Shown here: in pieces, positions 61,140 to 64,000 of the stretch
Layout: every line of letters begins with the position of its first letter
Position numbering within the stretch: position 1 is the stretch's first letter
From: Chiloscyllium plagiosum
Lineage: Eukaryota
NCBI RefSeq assembly: GCF_004010195.1
Contig: NC_057711.1
Span: forward strand, 81,831,549 to 81,895,548
DNA length: 64,000 nt
Direction of reading: 5' to 3'
Program-made: the position numbers and the translations under genes
The notes under the pieces: model-generated
What the model saw: only the letters and a program-made list of their open reading frames with translations
Database searches by the model: none
What the model was told of the DNA's origin: nothing

Positions 61140-62680
61140 GCATTAGCAGACAAGTCAGTCTTCCTGGGAGTCAACCCAAGGAAAATGACGAGCCCAGACA
61201 GAGTCCCCAGATAAGCACTTAGATCCTGTGAGGACCAACCGGCAGAGGTATTCACAAACATCTTCAACCTCTCTCTCTTATAAGCCGAAGTTCCCACCTG
61301 CTTCAAGAAGACCATCACCATCCCAGTACGTAAGAAAGCACTTGCAATGTGCCTTAATGACTACCGCCCAGTGGCTCTGACCTCCATAATCATGAAGTGC
61401 TTTGAGAGGCTGATCATGGTTCACATCAAATCTAGTCTCCCAGCCTGTCTTAATTTCCTACAATTCTACTGACACAACAGATCCACATCAGATACCAGTT
61501 CCTTAGCCCTGCACTCATCCCTGGAACATCTGGACAACAAAGTCACCTACGTCAGAATTCTGCTCACTGACTACATTCCATTATCCTGTCCAGACTGATC
61601 TCAGAACTCTGAGACCTTGGTCTCAGCTCTGCCTTCTGCAATTGGATACTCAGCTTCCTGACCCACAGACTGCAATCAGTGAAGATAGACAACAGCACCT
61701 CCTCCATGATAACACTCAACACTGAAGCACCCCGCCCCCAGGTTTCAGCCTCAGCCCCCTACTGTACTCCCTATATATCCGCTATTGTGTTGCCAAATTC
61801 TGAATGAATGCCATCTACAAATTTGCTGATGACACCACCGTGGTAGGACGGGTATCCTACAATGACGTGTCAGAACACAGATTGGTGATGTGGTGCAGTG
61901 AGAACAAGCTCTCTCTTAACATTAGCAAAATGAAAGAACTGATCATTGATGTCAGAAAGAAAGGAGGAGAACATGCCTCCATCTACATCAACGAAGCAAA
62001 GGTTGAGAGGGTGGCAAGTGTCAAGTTCCGAGGAGTGACGATAACTGACAACCTGTCCTAGGCGTCCCACGCAGTTGAGACAGTCAAGAAGGCACCACAG
62101 GCAGCTTCCTCAGGCGGCTCATGAAATTTGGCATATTCATTAGGACTGTTACCAACGTTTACAGATGCACCATTGAAAACATACAGTCCTGGTGCATAAT
62201 GGCCTGGTAGGCAAATACTCTGCCCAGGACCATAAGAAACTACAGAAAGTTGTGTGCACAGCACAGACCATCACGGAAGACAACCTTCCATCCATGGATT
62301 CTGTTTACATGCCTGGTTGCAGTGGAAAGGTTGCAAACATCAGTCGCACCCTGTTACTGCTCTCCGTCAGGCAGAAAAAACAGAAGCTTGAACACATGTA
62401 CCAACAGGTTCAGGAACAGCTTCTTCACGCCCATTATTAGACTGATGAATGGATTCTCTAACTTCAAATAATGCTGATCTTGCTAATGCTGATCTTACTA
62501 ATGTTGATCTTGCCTAGCGCACACCGTGTGTGACCTAACCTGCATGCCTCTAGGTTTTTTTCCTCACCCTATAATCTGTATGTACTTGCTTACTTACACT
62601 ATGATCTGCCTGTACTGCTCGTAACCAAAGCTTTTCACTATACTAAGCTACACGTGATAATAAATAAATCAAATCAAGTC
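61140..62680 (+). mobile_element. Rex1/Babar-type LINE RT and 3' end
   Basis: [53 protein letters not shown] motifs; AATAAA(AATCA)n tail. Confidence 0.88.
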
Positions 62681-63244
62681 AGAACTAGAGTCACTGGCAA
62701 AGTGAACTTGTAAGTTCTACTCAACCATTATGTCTAAATTGTTGAAAAAGCAAGGTATAGCATAAATATATTCTAACAGGCTTCAGTAATATCTATTCTT
62801 AACCAACCATTTTTCAATATCAAAAGCAAACGATGAGTCCCAATCATCCATCATCACGATGCTCACAGACTTACATTGAATCCATAAAATTAACATATTG
62901 TTTTTAACATTCTCATTCTTGTTTACAGTTCCATCATGAGCCATCCATTTGTAGCTCCATAATCTCCTCCCGCCCCACAATTCTCATCTAATTCCGGCCG
63001 CATCAGCATTTCTGGTTTTAATTGCTCCATCACTGCTGGCAGCATATTCAGTCGGTTAAGTCTGACACTTCTTTGCCTTTCAACCTCACTTAACTCTTCT
63101 AACGCAGACCATAAAACATACATCATTGATCAAGCTTTTGGTTAACTGACTTAATACCTCACAGTGATAAATATTACAGTACTCCTGTGAAGTCCCTTAT
63201 GATGTTCTACAATGCTAAAGGTTGTTGTTTGATTGACAACGACA

Positions 63245-64000
63245 TAGTGTTGTGTTGGGACCACAACTAATCACATTATACATTAACAATCTGGTTAAAG
63301 GAACTCAGGGCATTGTTGCTAAGTTTGCAGATGACACAAAGATAGGTGGAGGGTCAGGTAACATTGAGGAAGTGGGGAGGCTGCAGAAAGATTTGAGATT
63401 AGAGTGGTGCTGGAAAAGCACTGCAGGTCAGGCAGCATCTGTGGAGCAGGAAAATTGACTTTTCGGGCAGCAGCCCTTCATCAGGAAGGTCTCCTGCCCG
63501 AAACTTCGCTTTCCCTGCTCCTCAGATGCTGCCTAACCTGCTGTGCTTTTCCAGCACCGCTCTCATCTTGACTCTGATCTCCAGCATTTGTAGTCCTCAC
63601 TTTCGCCTTGAAGAAAGATTTGGACATGCTAAGCGAGTGGGCAAAGTGGCAGATGTGAAAAAGTGTGTGCATACATGTTTTGGAAGGAAGAATAGAGGTG
63701 TAGACTATTTTATAAACAGGGAAAGACTTCTGAATTTTGAAGCGCAAAGCGATTTGAAAGTCTTAGTTCAGGAATCTCTTAAGGTTAACATGCAGATTCA
63801 GGTGATGATTAGAAAGTCAAATACAATGTTGGCATTCATTTCAAGAGGGCTAGAAAACAAATTCAGGGATATACTGCCAAAATAGTATAAGGCTCTGGTC
63901 AGACCACATTTAGAATATTGTGAGTAGTTTTGGACACTGTGTCTAAGGCAAAATGTGCTGGCATTGGAGAGTGTCCAGAAGAGATTACAAGAATCATCTG
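63245..64000 (+). mobile_element. CR1 RT fragment with nested Penelope family A fold-back (63395-63608)
   Basis: LGPQLITLYIN..VAKFADDTKIGG, MLAFISRGLE; insert flanked by AGAAAGATTTG direct repeat. Confidence 0.88.

Overview
Repeat-rich vertebrate genomic DNA, most likely from a shark (HE1-like V-SINEs, esterase-bearing CR1 LINEs, Rex1/Babar, Penelope and Gypsy elements), with four N-gaps that all fall inside young repeats. The main host feature is the 5' part of an unidentified minus-strand protein-coding gene that I reconstructed by splice-site and phase matching: non-coding exon 1 (ending 46313), exon 2 (41267-41120, ATG 41173), a 2614-nt exon (35072-32459) carrying a CxxC-x10-CxxC zinc ribbon, and exons 28812-28692 and 2836-2751; the gene runs off the left edge. 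Its CpG-rich promoter (~46300-46620) has an RFX X-box-like motif, two E-boxes and a GC box and looks bidirectional, with candidate non-coding plus-strand exons to the right. The window opens with the env 3' end, polypurine tract and 3' LTR of an epsilon-like endogenous retrovirus whose U3 contains a 42-bp tandem cassette of E-box/CRE/E2F/ETS/GC-box motifs. At least three families of Penelope-derived fold-back elements carry minimal hammerhead ribozyme cores, some intact. A LINE family appears to start with the same tRNA-like head as a short SINE. All family names are from motif recognition, not database searches; repeat boundaries are approximate.
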